64,000 bases of DNA from an uncultured Streptococcus sp. (GTDB lineage Bacteria > Bacillota > Bacilli > Lactobacillales > Streptococcaceae): positions 168-64,167 of the forward strand of contig CAJPSM010000001.1 in assembly GCA_905373305.1 (NCBI GenBank), in the 5' to 3' direction. The notes under the pieces were generated by a model. It searched no databases, was not told the origin of the DNA, and saw only the letters and a program-made list of their open reading frames with translations. Position numbers and translations under genes: made by a program. This document shows positions 21,697-32,758 of this stretch, piece by piece; the stretch's first letter is position 1, and the number at the start of each line of letters is the position of its first letter.

Positions 21697-21736
21697 TTTT
21701 CTCCTTATTTCTTTAGAAAAAGACTGGTCTCCCAGT

Positions 21737-21943
21737 CTAATTTCCTGTAAATTTGCTAATCAATTCCTGCCACTTTGCTGGAGACAAAATCGCCCATGGA
21801 TCCTGTCCCTTTCCTAGAATCCCGTAGCCGATCATCAAGCCGATTCCTAAAGCGAGGAACCCCAGCAAGAGTACGATAAAAATCAACAGTAAGCGACGGA
21901 GTACATAGCGTATTCTCTTGTTTTTGTTTCTATTCCTCTTCAT
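21737..21943 (-). CDS. epuA: EpuA small membrane protein
   Basis: Basic N-terminus, one [19 protein letters not shown]; lies between murA and endA. Start set at ATG 21943, overlapping the murA end. Confidence 0.85.
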   Translation of the reverse strand: MKRNRNKNKRIRYVLRRLLLIFIVLLLGFLALGIGLMIGYGILGKGQDPWAILSPAKWQELISKFTGN

Positions 21944-23213
21944 CCTTAACCTCAATCCGCTGAATCTTCGCTCCTAGCTGAGCTAACTTCTCATGGAAAC
22001 GGTAGTAACCTCTGTCAAGGTGGACTAATTTACCAACAACTGTCTCCCCTTGCGCTACCAGACCTGTTAGAATCAGGGCCGCACTAGCACGAAGGTCTGT
22101 TGATAGAACTTCTGCTCCCTGTAAAGCCTGTCCTCCTACGATACGGGCTGTATCACGGATAATCTCCGAATGCAAGCCCATACGGCGCATTTCTTCCAAG
22201 TGTTGGAAACGATTCTCAAATACCGTTTCCACCATGGTGGATTCCCCTTTTGCGACTGTCATCAGAGCTGTAAATTGCGCCTGCATATCTGTTGGAAATC
22301 CTGGGTGGGGTAAGGTTTTTACATGAACAGCTTTAAGATTTTCCAGTTGAGAACGGACACGAATACCTTCTGACTCCTCCGTCACCTCTACTCCCATTTC
22401 AAGGAGTTTAGCAATCAAGGGACGATTATGTTCCCAGACTGCATCTCGAATGAGGACATCGCCACCAGTCATGGCTGCCGCCACCATAAAGGTTCCAGCC
22501 TCAATACGATCCTGTACCACATTATGAGTCGTTCCATGGAGTTCCTCGACACCAGTCACTGTGATTGTTTCAGTACCAGCTCCCTTGACCTTGGCTCCCA
22601 TTTCATTAAGAAGGATAGCAAGGTCAACAATTTCCGGCTCACGCGCAGCATTTTCAATGACAGTCACACCATCCGCTAACGTCGCTGCCATCATGAGGTT
22701 TTGGGTTGCGCCGACACTAGGGAAGTCCATGTAGATATGAGCGCCATGCAAGCGTTCTGCCTTGGCTTCGATGTAACCAGCTGTCTGGCTAATCTTAGCT
22801 CCCATAGCTTCCAAGCCCTTGAGGTGGAGATCGATCGGACGACTCCCAATGGTGCAACCACCTGGCATGGATACCTTGGCATGGCCTACACGAGCAAGGA
22901 TTGGTCCCAAGACAACGATTGATGCCCGCATCTTGCTGACATATTTGTAAGGAGCCTCCTCCGTGATGTCACCAGTCGCATCGACTTCGACAAGATGAGC
23001 TTCCTCATCAAAGTCAACCATGGCATTCAGACCTCGAACCACTTGATTCATGGTGAAAACATCTGACAAGATCGGTACATTCTGCAAGACTGTCTTACCC
23101 TTACTTGCTAGAATAGTCGCTGCCAGCAGGGGTAAGACTGCATTCTTTGCCCCCTCAATCGTCACACTCCCGACCAGACGATTATCACCACCTTGAACCA
23201 CAATTTTTTCCAT
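21930..23213 (-). CDS. murA: UDP-N-acetylglucosamine 1-carboxyvinyltransferase
   Basis: [22 protein letters not shown] (catalytic Cys), [12 protein letters not shown]. Confidence 0.97.
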   Translation of the reverse strand: MEKIVVQGGDNRLVGSVTIEGAKNAVLPLLAATILASKGKTVLQNVPILSDVFTMNQVVRGLNAMVDFDEEAHLVEVDATGDITEEAPYKYVSKMRASIVVLGPILARVGHAKVSMPGGCTIGSRPIDLHLKGLEAMGAKISQTAGYIEAKAERLHGAHIYMDFPSVGATQNLMMAATLADGVTVIENAAREPEIVDLAILLNEMGAKVKGAGTETITVTGVEELHGTTHNVVQDRIEAGTFMVAAAMTGGDVLIRDAVWEHNRPLIAKLLEMGVEVTEESEGIRVRSQLENLKAVHVKTLPHPGFPTDMQAQFTALMTVAKGESTMVETVFENRFQHLEEMRRMGLHSEIIRDTARIVGGQALQGAEVLSTDLRASAALILTGLVAQGETVVGKLVHLDRGYYRFHEKLAQLGAKIQRIEVKDEEE

Positions 23214-23236
23214 AGTTGTTTCCTTTACTTTTGATT

Positions 23237-23467
23237 TTATAACAGTCCTCTAAATGCTTCTTGCCACAATTGGTACAAACTGATAAAGAATGAACTCAAG
23301 ATGTAGCCCATTACAATACTAAAGAAGCCTACCAACAAACGAACTTTTTTTGTGTTAGCAGCAGTTACTTTTAACACCTTTTCCCATCTCACAAGATCCT
23401 TCAAAAGGTAAAAACTCAAATAAATGAAGAGTATATGACTACTTAGGGTGAATAATAATTGAACCAT
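23237..23467 (-). CDS. Small 2-TM membrane protein (DUF1146/YwzB-like)
   Basis: 76 aa with two hydrophobic segments; typical position upstream of murA. Confidence 0.8.
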   Translation of the reverse strand: MVQLLFTLSSHILFIYLSFYLLKDLVRWEKVLKVTAANTKKVRLLVGFFSIVMGYILSSFFISLYQLWQEAFRGLL

Positions 23468-23522
23468 TTGACTATTATACCATCTTATCCGCCTGCGCGC
23501 TAGTTTTCGATTTTTCTACGAA

Positions 23523-24560
23523 TTAGGGGTTGTTTTTAAGGTAATCAATCGCATCCTGCAAGGTCTTAACGGGAACGATTTTCATCTCTGTTTTGATCGT
23601 TTTAGCAGCTTCTAGGGCTGTCTCATAGTTGCTTTTCGCATTGGGATCTGCTTTTTTTGCTTCCTCGGTGACTGGATTGTCAGGAGCAAAAAAGATGTTG
23701 GCTCCCTGACGAGAGGCTGCAACTACTTTTTTGTCAATTCCACCAATGTCGCCAACATTTCCGTCCCGATCAATGGTTCCCGTTCCCGCAACGATACGGC
23801 CATTACGAAGTCCGGGATCTGCTATCTGGGTGTAGATAGCTAGGCTAAACATGAGACCTGCACTTGGACCGCCGATACCAGCTGTTGAAAAGCGAATTGG
23901 AATGTCACTTGTCACTTCCGTACGGTCAATCAAGCCAATACCAATCCCATTTTTCCCATTTTCTAGAGTGATAATTTTACCTTCAGCGGTCTTGACTCTT
24001 CCGTCTTCTTCGTAGGTTACCTTGACCGGATCTCCTAGTTTTTGAGAGTTGACATAATCAACCAAGTCTTTGGAACTATCAAAGGTCTTATCATTAACAG
24101 CCGTCACTGTATCCGCAATGTTCAAAATGCCTTTGAAAGTTGAATTGTCCGTCACGGTCAAGACATAAACTCCGAGATACTTGAGTTCGATATCCTTACC
24201 AGCTGTCTTCAAGCCTTGATACTTGGCCATGTTTTGGGATGTTTGCATATAGAACTGATTGATCCGCATAAACTCTGCATCCGTAGAGCCACCCGTTGTC
24301 TCCTTGGCACTTCTAATATCCGTAAATGGTGTTAACCAAGCATAGACAAGATGCGACAGAGTTGCGTGCTGAATACCCACTGTTACAAACTGGTAAGCTC
24401 CTGCTTCTGTATCTTCTGTTTCATTGACTTTCAAAACTTGACGAATATCTTCCGCTCCACCTGGAACTTCTATGTAGTATGGTAAAGGTACTACAAAGGC
24501 CAAAAACGTCAATACTAGTGCTAGGATGGCATATAAGGGCCATCTAGTTTTTTTCTTCAT
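23523..24560 (-). CDS. sepM: PDZ-domain Lon-like (S16) serine protease, SepM/YlbL family
   Basis: N-terminal TM, PDZ region, [10 protein letters not shown] catalytic Ser, GGIDKK Lys. Confidence 0.85.
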   Translation of the reverse strand: MKKKTRWPLYAILALVLTFLAFVVPLPYYIEVPGGAEDIRQVLKVNETEDTEAGAYQFVTVGIQHATLSHLVYAWLTPFTDIRSAKETTGGSTDAEFMRINQFYMQTSQNMAKYQGLKTAGKDIELKYLGVYVLTVTDNSTFKGILNIADTVTAVNDKTFDSSKDLVDYVNSQKLGDPVKVTYEEDGRVKTAEGKIITLENGKNGIGIGLIDRTEVTSDIPIRFSTAGIGGPSAGLMFSLAIYTQIADPGLRNGRIVAGTGTIDRDGNVGDIGGIDKKVVAASRQGANIFFAPDNPVTEEAKKADPNAKSNYETALEAAKTIKTEMKIVPVKTLQDAIDYLKNNP

Positions 24561-25032
24561 GTTCTAATTCCTCCACAACACTGTTTGGGACATACTGCTG
24601 AATCTCCTGTCCAAACTTCAGGAGCTCTCTCATGGCTGAAGAGCTAATATAAAGATGCTCTGGGCGACTATATAGGTAAATGGTTTCGATTTCTGGTGCC
24701 AGTTGATGATTGTAGTAATCAAAACTAGCCTCGTATTGCAAGTCTGTGGCATTCCGCAAGCCACGGACAAGAGTTTTAGCTCCCAGTCTTCTTGCAACAT
24801 CAACAACTAGTTGGTCGTGAGAAGCCAGCACCTCTACATTCTCTATATGTGCCACGGCTTTTTCAACTGCTCGTTTGCGATTTTCAACAGGGAGAAAACC
24901 TTGTTTGTGGGGATTGTAGAAAACCCCAACATAGAGCTTATCAAAGAGTTTACTGGCACGTTCAATGATATCCAGATGTCCATTTGTCATCGGATCAAAT
25001 GAACCTGTAAATAACCCAATTTTATCTGACAT
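24544..25032 (-). CDS. coaD: Phosphopantetheine adenylyltransferase
   Basis: [20 protein letters not shown]. Confidence 0.96.
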   Translation of the reverse strand: MSDKIGLFTGSFDPMTNGHLDIIERASKLFDKLYVGVFYNPHKQGFLPVENRKRAVEKAVAHIENVEVLASHDQLVVDVARRLGAKTLVRGLRNATDLQYEASFDYYNHQLAPEIETIYLYSRPEHLYISSSAMRELLKFGQEIQQYVPNSVVEELEHEEKN

Positions 25033-25561
25033 AGACTGTCACCTTACTAATCCCATATATTTTTTCCTTCCAGATACCTAAGCAGGCAATTTCTTCTGGA
25101 AGTTCTACAGACTTATCGGTTTCGCAGACAACCATGATCTCTTGGGAGAAGAGATTTCTCTCTGCCATTTTTTCAATATCTGCTACTATTTGTTCTTTTG
25201 CGTAGGGAGGGTCTAAAAAGACCAGATCAAATGTCCCTCCGACTTGCTCTAGAGCACGGTCAGCTTCCATCTTTAAGAGCTGAAATTTAGAAACTTCCTT
25301 GGTCATCTGAATATTTTCAGCAATGACAGCTTGGGCCTTTCGATCCCGTTCCACTAAGACCGCACTGGACATCCCTCTTGACACAGCTTCAATAGACAGA
25401 CCGCCACTACCAGCATAGAGATCCAAGACACGACCACCATCAAAATAGGGACCAATCATGTTAAAGATAGCTCCACGCACCTTGTCTGATGTTGGCCTAG
25501 TCGTCTTTCCTTCTAGCGTCTTGAGAGGACGCCCCCCGTAGATTCCTGATACGATTTTCAT
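25022..25561 (-). CDS. rsmD: 16S rRNA (guanine(966)-N2)-methyltransferase
   Basis: [20 protein letters not shown]. Confidence 0.95.
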   Translation of the reverse strand: MKIVSGIYGGRPLKTLEGKTTRPTSDKVRGAIFNMIGPYFDGGRVLDLYAGSGGLSIEAVSRGMSSAVLVERDRKAQAVIAENIQMTKEVSKFQLLKMEADRALEQVGGTFDLVFLDPPYAKEQIVADIEKMAERNLFSQEIMVVCETDKSVELPEEIACLGIWKEKIYGISKVTVYVR

Positions 25562-25625
25562 ACCGTTTATTATACCAAATTATGGGCAAAAAGAGAAAGA
25601 AAACCGAACCTTGCGGTTCGATTCT

Positions 25626-26618
25626 CTACAAGATATTTTCGTAAGTATCGCGGACTTCTTGCGGCCAAACACTAGTCTGAACCTCTCCGATATGTTTCTT
25701 ACGAAGAAGGAACATGGCCATACGAGACTGTCCGATCCCTCCACCGATTGTCAATGGGAAAAGACCGTTGAGCAGGGCTTTATGCCATTCCAGCTCAAGT
25801 CGATCTTCATCCCCTGTCAGAGCAACTTGGCGCCGAAGTGTATCTTCATCAACCCGAATCCCCATTGATGAAAGTTCAAAGGCAGTACCAAGAGATTCGT
25901 TCCAAACTAGAATATCCCCATTCAGTCCTTTGTAGCCATTCTCAGACTCTGTTGTCCAATCATCGTAGTCAGGCGCACGGCCATCATGAGGTTTCCCGTC
26001 AGGCAATTCTCCACCAATACCAATCAAGAAGACTGCACCGAACTCTTTACAGATTTCATTTTCACGCTCTTTTGGTGTCAAGTCTGGGTAGCGTTCTACC
26101 AGCTCTTCTGTATGGATAAAGGTGATTTGTTTTGGCAAGATAGATTCGATATCATAGCGAGCTTCTACTGCTAACTCTGTCAGACGAATAGCCTTGTAAA
26201 TCTTTTCAACTGTTTCTTTAAGATAAGCGATATTGCGTTGGCCATTTGGAATCACTTTTTCCCAGTCCCACTGGTCCACATAAACAGAGTGGGTCGCATC
26301 AAGTGAATCTTCGTCTGGACGAAGGGCCTTCATGTGAACAAATAGACCCTCACCCTCACCGAAACTAAAACGAGCCAAGGTATGGCGTTTCCATTTAGCA
26401 AGTGAATGAACGACCTCGTAGGTTTCATCTGGAATTTGCAAGACCTTCACAGTTACTGCATTTTCAACACCTGAAAGGTTATCCTGCATCCCATCGCCGA
26501 CCCTACTCAAGATAGGACCTTGAACTTCGACAACTTCTAACTTATCTTTCAAATACTGGGTAAAAGTGTTTTTGACAAAGGAAATTTCTTCTTGTTGCTG
26601 GATAAAACTTTTCTTCAT
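25626..26618 (-). CDS. asnA: Aspartate-ammonia ligase
   Basis: [34 protein letters not shown]. Confidence 0.96.
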   Translation of the reverse strand: MKKSFIQQQEEISFVKNTFTQYLKDKLEVVEVQGPILSRVGDGMQDNLSGVENAVTVKVLQIPDETYEVVHSLAKWKRHTLARFSFGEGEGLFVHMKALRPDEDSLDATHSVYVDQWDWEKVIPNGQRNIAYLKETVEKIYKAIRLTELAVEARYDIESILPKQITFIHTEELVERYPDLTPKERENEICKEFGAVFLIGIGGELPDGKPHDGRAPDYDDWTTESENGYKGLNGDILVWNESLGTAFELSSMGIRVDEDTLRRQVALTGDEDRLELEWHKALLNGLFPLTIGGGIGQSRMAMFLLRKKHIGEVQTSVWPQEVRDTYENIL

Positions 26619-26728
26619 AAGCTACTCCTCAAAAAATTAATTAAAAGCATTATACACCTATTTCCAAGAAAAGAAAAGGGTAAATAAGAAAAAGTCAGTG
26701 CTCTTTGGAACACTGACTCCGTCATTCA

Positions 26729-27412
26729 TTAATCGTTTCGACCAAAGATTCGTAAGATGCTAAGGAAGAGGTTGATAAAGTCTAGGTAGATACTGAGAGC
26801 CATTGAAATGACCCAGCCTGTCGCTACTTGTCCTCTTGACTGCTCATAAACATAGCGAATCTTTTGGTTATCCCAAGCAATCAAACCTGAGAAGACCAAG
26901 ACCATGGCAATACTAATCATGTAGTCAAAGAAGCCACTAGCCAAGAAAATATTGACAACCATGGCTATGATGAGGCCGACAAGCGCAGCCATCAGAGCTC
27001 GACCCATTCCACTCAAATCTTTCTTGATAAAAATCCCGATTGCCGCCATGACAAAGAAGAGAAGAGCGCTGGATACAAAGGCTGATAAGACGGTCCCAGG
27101 TGTATAGAAGGCTACGACAAAACTAAGCGTAAATCCATTTAAAACAGAATAAACTAAAAATACTGGGAGAGCTGCTGGGCTGTTTTTGGCAGCCATGCTA
27201 CTTGCAACAAAGACCAGAGCAAGTTCTGCAAAAGTTGCAATCATCAACCAGAGACGGCCATGCATTAAAAAGTAGATCAATTGAGACTGAAAAACTGTCA
27301 ACATCAAAGCTGACACCAGAGCTGATAGTCCAATTCCAAGCCCCACAAAGGCATAAACCTTAGCGTAAAATTGATTGAGACCTGAACGTTCTTGAATAAT
27401 TGTTTGATTCAT
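26729..27412 (-). CDS. Bax inhibitor-1/YccA family membrane protein
   Basis: 7 TMs with the C-terminal signature ALSIYLDFINLF. Confidence 0.92.
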   Translation of the reverse strand: MNQTIIQERSGLNQFYAKVYAFVGLGIGLSALVSALMLTVFQSQLIYFLMHGRLWLMIATFAELALVFVASSMAAKNSPAALPVFLVYSVLNGFTLSFVVAFYTPGTVLSAFVSSALLFFVMAAIGIFIKKDLSGMGRALMAALVGLIIAMVVNIFLASGFFDYMISIAMVLVFSGLIAWDNQKIRYVYEQSRGQVATGWVISMALSIYLDFINLFLSILRIFGRND

Positions 27413-27466
27413 TCTGATTCTCCTTTTTCTATAAATATGTCTTGATTATAGCAAAGTTTTTATAAA

Positions 27467-28207
27467 TTAGCTGAAATAAAACATCAAAATGCCTGCGGCA
27501 ACTGCCACATTGAGACTCTCTGCCTTACCTTTCATACCAATATGAACCAGCTGATTAGCACTTTCAGCCATGATAGGACTAATCCCCTGCCCTTCATTTC
27601 CCATGACTAGAGCAAAGTTTTCTAGGGGAGAAAGCTCACGATAGTCCTTGGATTCTTTGGATAAGGTCGTTGCTAGAATGGGCAAATTGCTCTTCTTTGC
27701 CTCTGCTATAAAGGTAGCAAGAGGCATACGATAGATGGGCAAGTGAAAATGACTTCCTTGCATGGAACGCAGGGTCTTGAGACTGTATATATCTGCTGAC
27801 TTATCTGAAACAATGACCCCTGTAAAACCTGCAGCGTCCGCAGTCCGAATCATGGTACCCACATTACCAGGATCTTGAACGTCTTCTAAAAATAGAAACT
27901 TACCCTGACTAAAATCAGGCAGACCCACTTCTTCTTTTAGAAGAACAGCGACAATGCCTTGAGGGGTTTGCGTATCTGCCAAATCCCGCAAAATCTCCTC
28001 TGAAACCCAGACAGTTTGAGGAAAAGAAGCTAACTGATCTCGGTAACTTTCCAGAGCAAAGATCTTCTCAATCGTCACCCCAGCTTGAACAGCTTCTTCG
28101 AATAAGTGCCAACCTTCAATCAAATAGGCAGACTTTCGATATTTTTTTTGATGCAATTTCTTGGCATTTTTTACCACTGAATTGGCTTTTGAGGTTATAA
28201 TAGTCAT
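27467..28207 (-). CDS. TrmH/SpoU family RNA methyltransferase
   Basis: QDPGNVGTMIRTADA, MGNEGQGIS, ESLNVAVA. Start set at ATG 28207 (MTIITS). Confidence 0.92.
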   Translation of the reverse strand: MTIITSKANSVVKNAKKLHQKKYRKSAYLIEGWHLFEEAVQAGVTIEKIFALESYRDQLASFPQTVWVSEEILRDLADTQTPQGIVAVLLKEEVGLPDFSQGKFLFLEDVQDPGNVGTMIRTADAAGFTGVIVSDKSADIYSLKTLRSMQGSHFHLPIYRMPLATFIAEAKKSNLPILATTLSKESKDYRELSPLENFALVMGNEGQGISPIMAESANQLVHIGMKGKAESLNVAVAAGILMFYFS

Positions 28208-28240
28208 AGAAACATTATAACACAATCAAAGGGGTTTAGT

Positions 28241-28519
28241 ATGCAAAAGGTTAGAATGATTGCCCAAGGCAGGGTGCAGGGTGTTGGTTTCCGTTGGGGT
28301 GTTGTTACTCTAGCGCTTGAAATCGGTGGCATCACTGGTCGTGTCTGGAATAACGACGATGGTACAGTAGAAATTCTCGCTCAGGCAGAGTCCTCCGCCA
28401 CTATGGCAAAATTTATCCAAGAAATCCGTAAAGGACCAACGCCTTTTTCAAAAGTTACCTATCTGGATGTGCAAATGAGCAACTTTTCATCCTATTCAGA
28501 CTTCAAAGTCGCAAATTAG
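28241..28519 (+). CDS. acyP: Acylphosphatase
   Basis: GRVQGVGFR and GRVWNNDDGTVE. Confidence 0.93.
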   Translation: MQKVRMIAQGRVQGVGFRWGVVTLALEIGGITGRVWNNDDGTVEILAQAESSATMAKFIQEIRKGPTPFSKVTYLDVQMSNFSSYSDFKVAN

Positions 28520-28596
28520 GTCTCCAGAACTATTGTATATTTTACAAAAAAACAGTAGAATAGAAAGGTATAATTTTTAAAGAAGGAATGAAAACA

Positions 28597-29517
28597 TTGA
28601 AATCTATTAAACGTTTTGCCCTCTCTGCTATGGGAGTGGCTATGCTACTCGTCTTGACAGGTTGTGTCCAAGTAGACAAAGCAACAGGACAACCTACAGG
28701 ATTGATTTGGGATACCATCGGAGCACCTATGGCTGAAGCCATCAAGTACTTTGCCAACGACCAGGGTCTTGGTTTTGGTGTCGCTATTATCATCGTAACC
28801 ATTATCGTACGTTTGATTATCTTACCACTCGGTATCTACCAATCCTGGAAGGCGACGCTTCACTCTGAAAAGATGAACGCCCTCAAACACGTGCTTGAAC
28901 CACATCAAACCCGTCTCAAAGAAGCAACAACTCAGGAAGAAAAACTTGAGGCTCAACAAGCTCTCTTTGCTGCTCAGAAGGAACACGGTATCAGCATGCT
29001 AGGAGGTGTCGGATGTTTCCCTATCTTGCTCCAAATGCCTTTCTTCTCTGCTATCTACTTTGCTGCCCAACATACTGATGGAGTCGCAGGATCTAGCTTC
29101 CTCGGCATCGAACTAGGATCACCAAGCATGCTCCTCGTAGCCTTTGCTGGTGTCCTCTACTACCTCCAATCAATCCTCTCACTTCATGGCGTAGAAGACG
29201 AGATGCAAAGAGAACAACTTAAGAAAATGATCTACATGAGCCCACTCATGATTGTGATCTTCTCACTCTTCTCACCAGCCAGCGTGACGCTATACTGGGT
29301 TGTCGGTGGTTTCATGATGATTCTTCAACAGTTCATCGTTAACTATGTCGTTCGTCCAAAACTTCGTCAAAAAGTACGTGAAGAATACAAAAATAACCCT
29401 CCGAAAGTCATTCCTTCTGCAGGTGCAAGAAAAGACGTGACTCCTAAGCAGCCTCAGGCTATCACAAGCAATAAGAAAAAGAAAAACCGCAACTCTGGCA
29501 AACAACGATCTAGATAA
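28597..29517 (+). CDS. yidC: Membrane protein insertase YidC (lipoprotein type, basic C-terminal tail)
   Basis: Lipobox LTGC, GCFPILLQMP, LYW. TTG start at 28597 chosen for RBS spacing; ATG 28588 is the alternative. Confidence 0.93.
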   Translation: MKSIKRFALSAMGVAMLLVLTGCVQVDKATGQPTGLIWDTIGAPMAEAIKYFANDQGLGFGVAIIIVTIIVRLIILPLGIYQSWKATLHSEKMNALKHVLEPHQTRLKEATTQEEKLEAQQALFAAQKEHGISMLGGVGCFPILLQMPFFSAIYFAAQHTDGVAGSSFLGIELGSPSMLLVAFAGVLYYLQSILSLHGVEDEMQREQLKKMIYMSPLMIVIFSLFSPASVTLYWVVGGFMMILQQFIVNYVVRPKLRQKVREEYKNNPPKVIPSAGARKDVTPKQPQAITSNKKKKNRNSGKQRSR

Positions 29518-29590
29518 GACTCCAAAGGCTTAGCTGAAAGGCTAAGTCTTTTTGCATCACAAAAGCCCGATGTCTCCATCAGGCTTCTTT

Positions 29591-30385
29591 TTATCTATGA
29601 ACACGTTTCATGTAGTCTTGGTAGCTTTCTGTATCCATGAGTTCCTTGGCATTCTTAACACGATCTGCTGTTGGAGGTTTGACCCCTTCGAGCGAATAAG
29701 GAATTCCCAATTCACGCCATTTGAACTCACCCATAGTATGATAAGGAAGAATTTCAAACTTATCAACATTTTTGAGGGTCTTGACAAACTTACCGAGTTC
29801 GATCAAGTCCTCATCTCTATCTGTCAAGCCTGGAACCAATACGTGGCGAATCCAAACAGGTTTTCCAATATCTGATAGGTATCGGGCACAGGCCAAAATG
29901 TTCTTATTGGTTTGACTGGTTACAATCTTGTGCTGTTCTTCGTTGATTTCCTTGATATCCAAGAGAACCAAATCTGTCACAGCCATGAGTTTATTAAACT
30001 TTTCGAGATAACGTGGTTTATTACGGAATGGAAGGGCACAGGTGTCCAAGGTGCAGTGGATTCCTTTTTCCTTGGCCTTGGTAAAGAGGGCAATTAGGAA
30101 ATCAATCTGTAAGAGAGCTTCTCCACCACTGACAGTGATACCACCCTTGTCTCCCCAGAAACCACGATAACGAAGGGCTTCTGTCAAGACATCGTCTACT
30201 GTCCGTTCGCGTGATTTATTGGTCTCCATAGCCCATGTGTCCGGGTTATGGCAGTACTGGCAACGCATGTGACAACCCTGCAAAAAGACAATAAAACGAA
30301 TCCCAGGACCATCTACCGCCCCAAAACTCTCTGTCGAATGCACCATTCCTGTCACTTGTCCATAGTCAATTGTTTCTTCAGACAT
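29591..30385 (-). CDS. pflA: Pyruvate formate-lyase activating enzyme (radical SAM)
   Basis: VDGPG, CHMRCQYCHNPDTW, SGGE, LPYH. Confidence 0.96.
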   Translation of the reverse strand: MSEETIDYGQVTGMVHSTESFGAVDGPGIRFIVFLQGCHMRCQYCHNPDTWAMETNKSRERTVDDVLTEALRYRGFWGDKGGITVSGGEALLQIDFLIALFTKAKEKGIHCTLDTCALPFRNKPRYLEKFNKLMAVTDLVLLDIKEINEEQHKIVTSQTNKNILACARYLSDIGKPVWIRHVLVPGLTDRDEDLIELGKFVKTLKNVDKFEILPYHTMGEFKWRELGIPYSLEGVKPPTADRVKNAKELMDTESYQDYMKRVHR

Positions 30386-30399
30386 ATCGTCACCTTCCT

Positions 30400-30413
30400 T
30401 GAAACCGTTTTAT
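30400..30413. promoter_or_regulatory. Probable cre (CcpA) site upstream of pflA
   Basis: TGAAACCGTTTTAT, next to the RBS and downstream of a -10 box. Confidence 0.6.
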
Positions 30414-30502
30414 AGTTTTATTATATCACGACTTGAGGGAAAAACAAGATTTTTGTCTATTTTTTAGAAAGCAATCTGTTTTTCACTTTCATTTTCATTT
30501 TT

Positions 30503-31759
30503 TTAATGATCGGGTTCAAAATCAAAACCATACAAGGTTGCGAAATAGTCCTCAGGGCGCTCTGCACGGCGGATTTGGCGGGCTTTTCCTTCTTCGGTAT
30601 AGAGGATTTCTGCCGAGCGTAGTTTGGCATTGTACTGGTAACCCATGGAGAATCCATGTGCACCTGTATCATGAATCACCAGCAAATCACCGATTTCTGT
30701 ATGAGGCAGTTCGCGATTCACTGCAAATTTATCATTGTTTTCGCAGAGTGAACCGACCACATCTACCACCTCAACTGGTCCGTCTGGATGGGTCAGATTG
30801 GTGATATGGTGGTAGGCTCCATACATGGCTGGGCGCATGAGGTTGACTGCTGATGCATCCACACCCAGATAGGTGCGGTAGGTTTTCTTTTTATGAGTGA
30901 TTTTTGTGACAAGAACTCCGTGAGGCGCCAACATAAAACGGCCCAATTCAGTGAAAATCTTGACCTGTCCAAGCCCTGCAGGTGTAAGGACTTCCTCATA
31001 CACCTTACGCACCTCTTCACCAATCACAGCAATGTCATTTGGCTCCTGGTCTGGGCGGTAGTTGACTCCGATCCCACCTGAAAGATTGATAAAGTCTAGT
31101 GAAATGCCCAATTTTTCTTTGATTTCAACGGCTAATTCAAAGAGTTGACGGGCCAACTCTGGGTAGTAGAGATGGGTCACGGTATTGGATGCTAGGAAAG
31201 AATGAATCCCAAAAGTCTTGGCTCCTTTTTTCTTCAAAACAGCAAAGGCTTCAAAGAGTTGATCCTTGGTCATCCCAAACTTGGCCTCCCCAGGATTGTC
31301 CATGATATCTGTTCCTAATTCAAAGACTCCGCCTGGATTGTAACGACAAGAAATGATTTCTGGGATACCTGCAGCTCGCGCTAGATGTTCAATATCTTCA
31401 AAGGCATCCAAGTTAATGGTTGCGCCTAATTCACGCGCATAAGCGTACTCTTGGTCTGGCGTGTTGTTTGATGAGAACATGATCTCAGAACCAGGAAAAT
31501 CCAGTTTATGGCTCATCAAAAGTTCTACATAACTAGAGCAGTCTACACCACAGCCTTCCTCTTTGAGGATTTTCAAGATGGTTGGGGTTGGAGTAGCCTT
31601 GACTGCAAAATATTCCTTAAAACCCTTGTTCCAAGAAAAGGCCTTGTTGACTGCTCGCGCTTTCTCGCGAATTCCCTTCTCATCATACAAGTGAAAGGGA
31701 GTCGGAAACTCTGCAACAATCGTTTCTAAATTTTCTCGGCTGATAAATGGTGTTTTCAT
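30503..31759 (-). CDS. lysA: Diaminopimelate decarboxylase
   Basis: YFAVKA (PLP Lys), KFG, NLSGGIG, ELGR, GSLCENND, TGAHG. Start set at ATG 31759. Confidence 0.93.
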   Translation of the reverse strand: MKTPFISRENLETIVAEFPTPFHLYDEKGIREKARAVNKAFSWNKGFKEYFAVKATPTPTILKILKEEGCGVDCSSYVELLMSHKLDFPGSEIMFSSNNTPDQEYAYARELGATINLDAFEDIEHLARAAGIPEIISCRYNPGGVFELGTDIMDNPGEAKFGMTKDQLFEAFAVLKKKGAKTFGIHSFLASNTVTHLYYPELARQLFELAVEIKEKLGISLDFINLSGGIGVNYRPDQEPNDIAVIGEEVRKVYEEVLTPAGLGQVKIFTELGRFMLAPHGVLVTKITHKKKTYRTYLGVDASAVNLMRPAMYGAYHHITNLTHPDGPVEVVDVVGSLCENNDKFAVNRELPHTEIGDLLVIHDTGAHGFSMGYQYNAKLRSAEILYTEEGKARQIRRAERPEDYFATLYGFDFEPDH

Positions 31760-31825
31760 ACGCATCCTTCTATTCTGTTTGCAAAGAAAGGCTGGGACAA
31801 TCGTTCCAACCTTTAGTTCTATCTC

Positions 31826-32653
31826 TTATTTGTCTTCGTCAAAGATATTTCCAATCTCAACATCGATGGATTGGTTCTTGACATCAATATTGGTTACCTT
31901 CAAGAGTGACTTGTAATCGAACTGCTTTTCACGTTCTTCTTGGGCATTGTCTGCAAAGACTGCTACACCAGCCAATTCTGAATCAAACTCACGCAAGAGA
32001 CTAATCATCCCGTTGACAGTTCCGCCGCCTTTCAAGAAGTCATCCACGATCAAGACACGACTGCCGGCCTTGAGGCTGCGTTTTGAAAGAAACATTTTCT
32101 CAATGCGGTCACCACTGGAACCTGATACATAGTTGACACTGACTGTTGATCCTTCAGTAATTTTCAAATCACGGCGCACGATAACAAAAGGAACATTCAG
32201 AACGTTGGCAACCGCATTTGCAAGCGGAACACCCTTTGTTGCTACTGTCATAACCGCATCAATTTTTTGGTCCATAAAACTCTTGGCAATGACGCGCCCA
32301 ATATTTTTCAAAATGGCAGGTGTACTGAGCAAATCAGACAGGTAGATATAGCCACCTGGCAAGATACGGTCGCTTTCTGAAAGTTTGTCACGCAAGTCTG
32401 CGATCATTTCTTTGGCTTCATGGCTAGAGATGGATGGTGTAAAGATAACGCCCCCACCTGCTCCAGTCACTGTCTGGATATGACCGATTTCGATTTCCTC
32501 AAAGGCACGCTTGATAATCACGATGTCCTCTGAGATGGATGATTTGGCAGATTCGTACTTTTCTGCAAAGGTGTTGAGACTTGTTAGTTTGTATGGATTA
32601 TTAATCAAATAGTTGGAAATGACAACCATCCGATCACTTCTTCTTAATTTCAT
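31826..32653 (-). CDS. purR: Purine operon repressor PurR (Bacillus type)
   Basis: N-terminal wHTH AKSSISED, TGAGGG, PRT motif IVDDFLKGGGT. Confidence 0.96.
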   Translation of the reverse strand: MKLRRSDRMVVISNYLINNPYKLTSLNTFAEKYESAKSSISEDIVIIKRAFEEIEIGHIQTVTGAGGGVIFTPSISSHEAKEMIADLRDKLSESDRILPGGYIYLSDLLSTPAILKNIGRVIAKSFMDQKIDAVMTVATKGVPLANAVANVLNVPFVIVRRDLKITEGSTVSVNYVSGSSGDRIEKMFLSKRSLKAGSRVLIVDDFLKGGGTVNGMISLLREFDSELAGVAVFADNAQEEREKQFDYKSLLKVTNIDVKNQSIDVEIGNIFDEDK

Positions 32654-32712
32654 TTTTATTTACCATTCCATTTAATTTTGATATTTTATCCATTATACCA
32701 TATTCGTATAAA

Positions 32713-32748
32713 AAAACGAACATTCTTATCCTAAAAAATGCTCGTTTT
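32713..32748. promoter_or_regulatory. Inverted pair of PurBox-like sites upstream of purR
   Basis: AAAACGAACATT (32713-32724) and AATGCTCGTTTT (32737-32748), just upstream of an extended -10 (TG-G-TATAAT, minus strand). The pair could also act as the yhaM terminator. Confidence 0.55.
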
Positions 32749-32758
32749 TCTTAAATTA

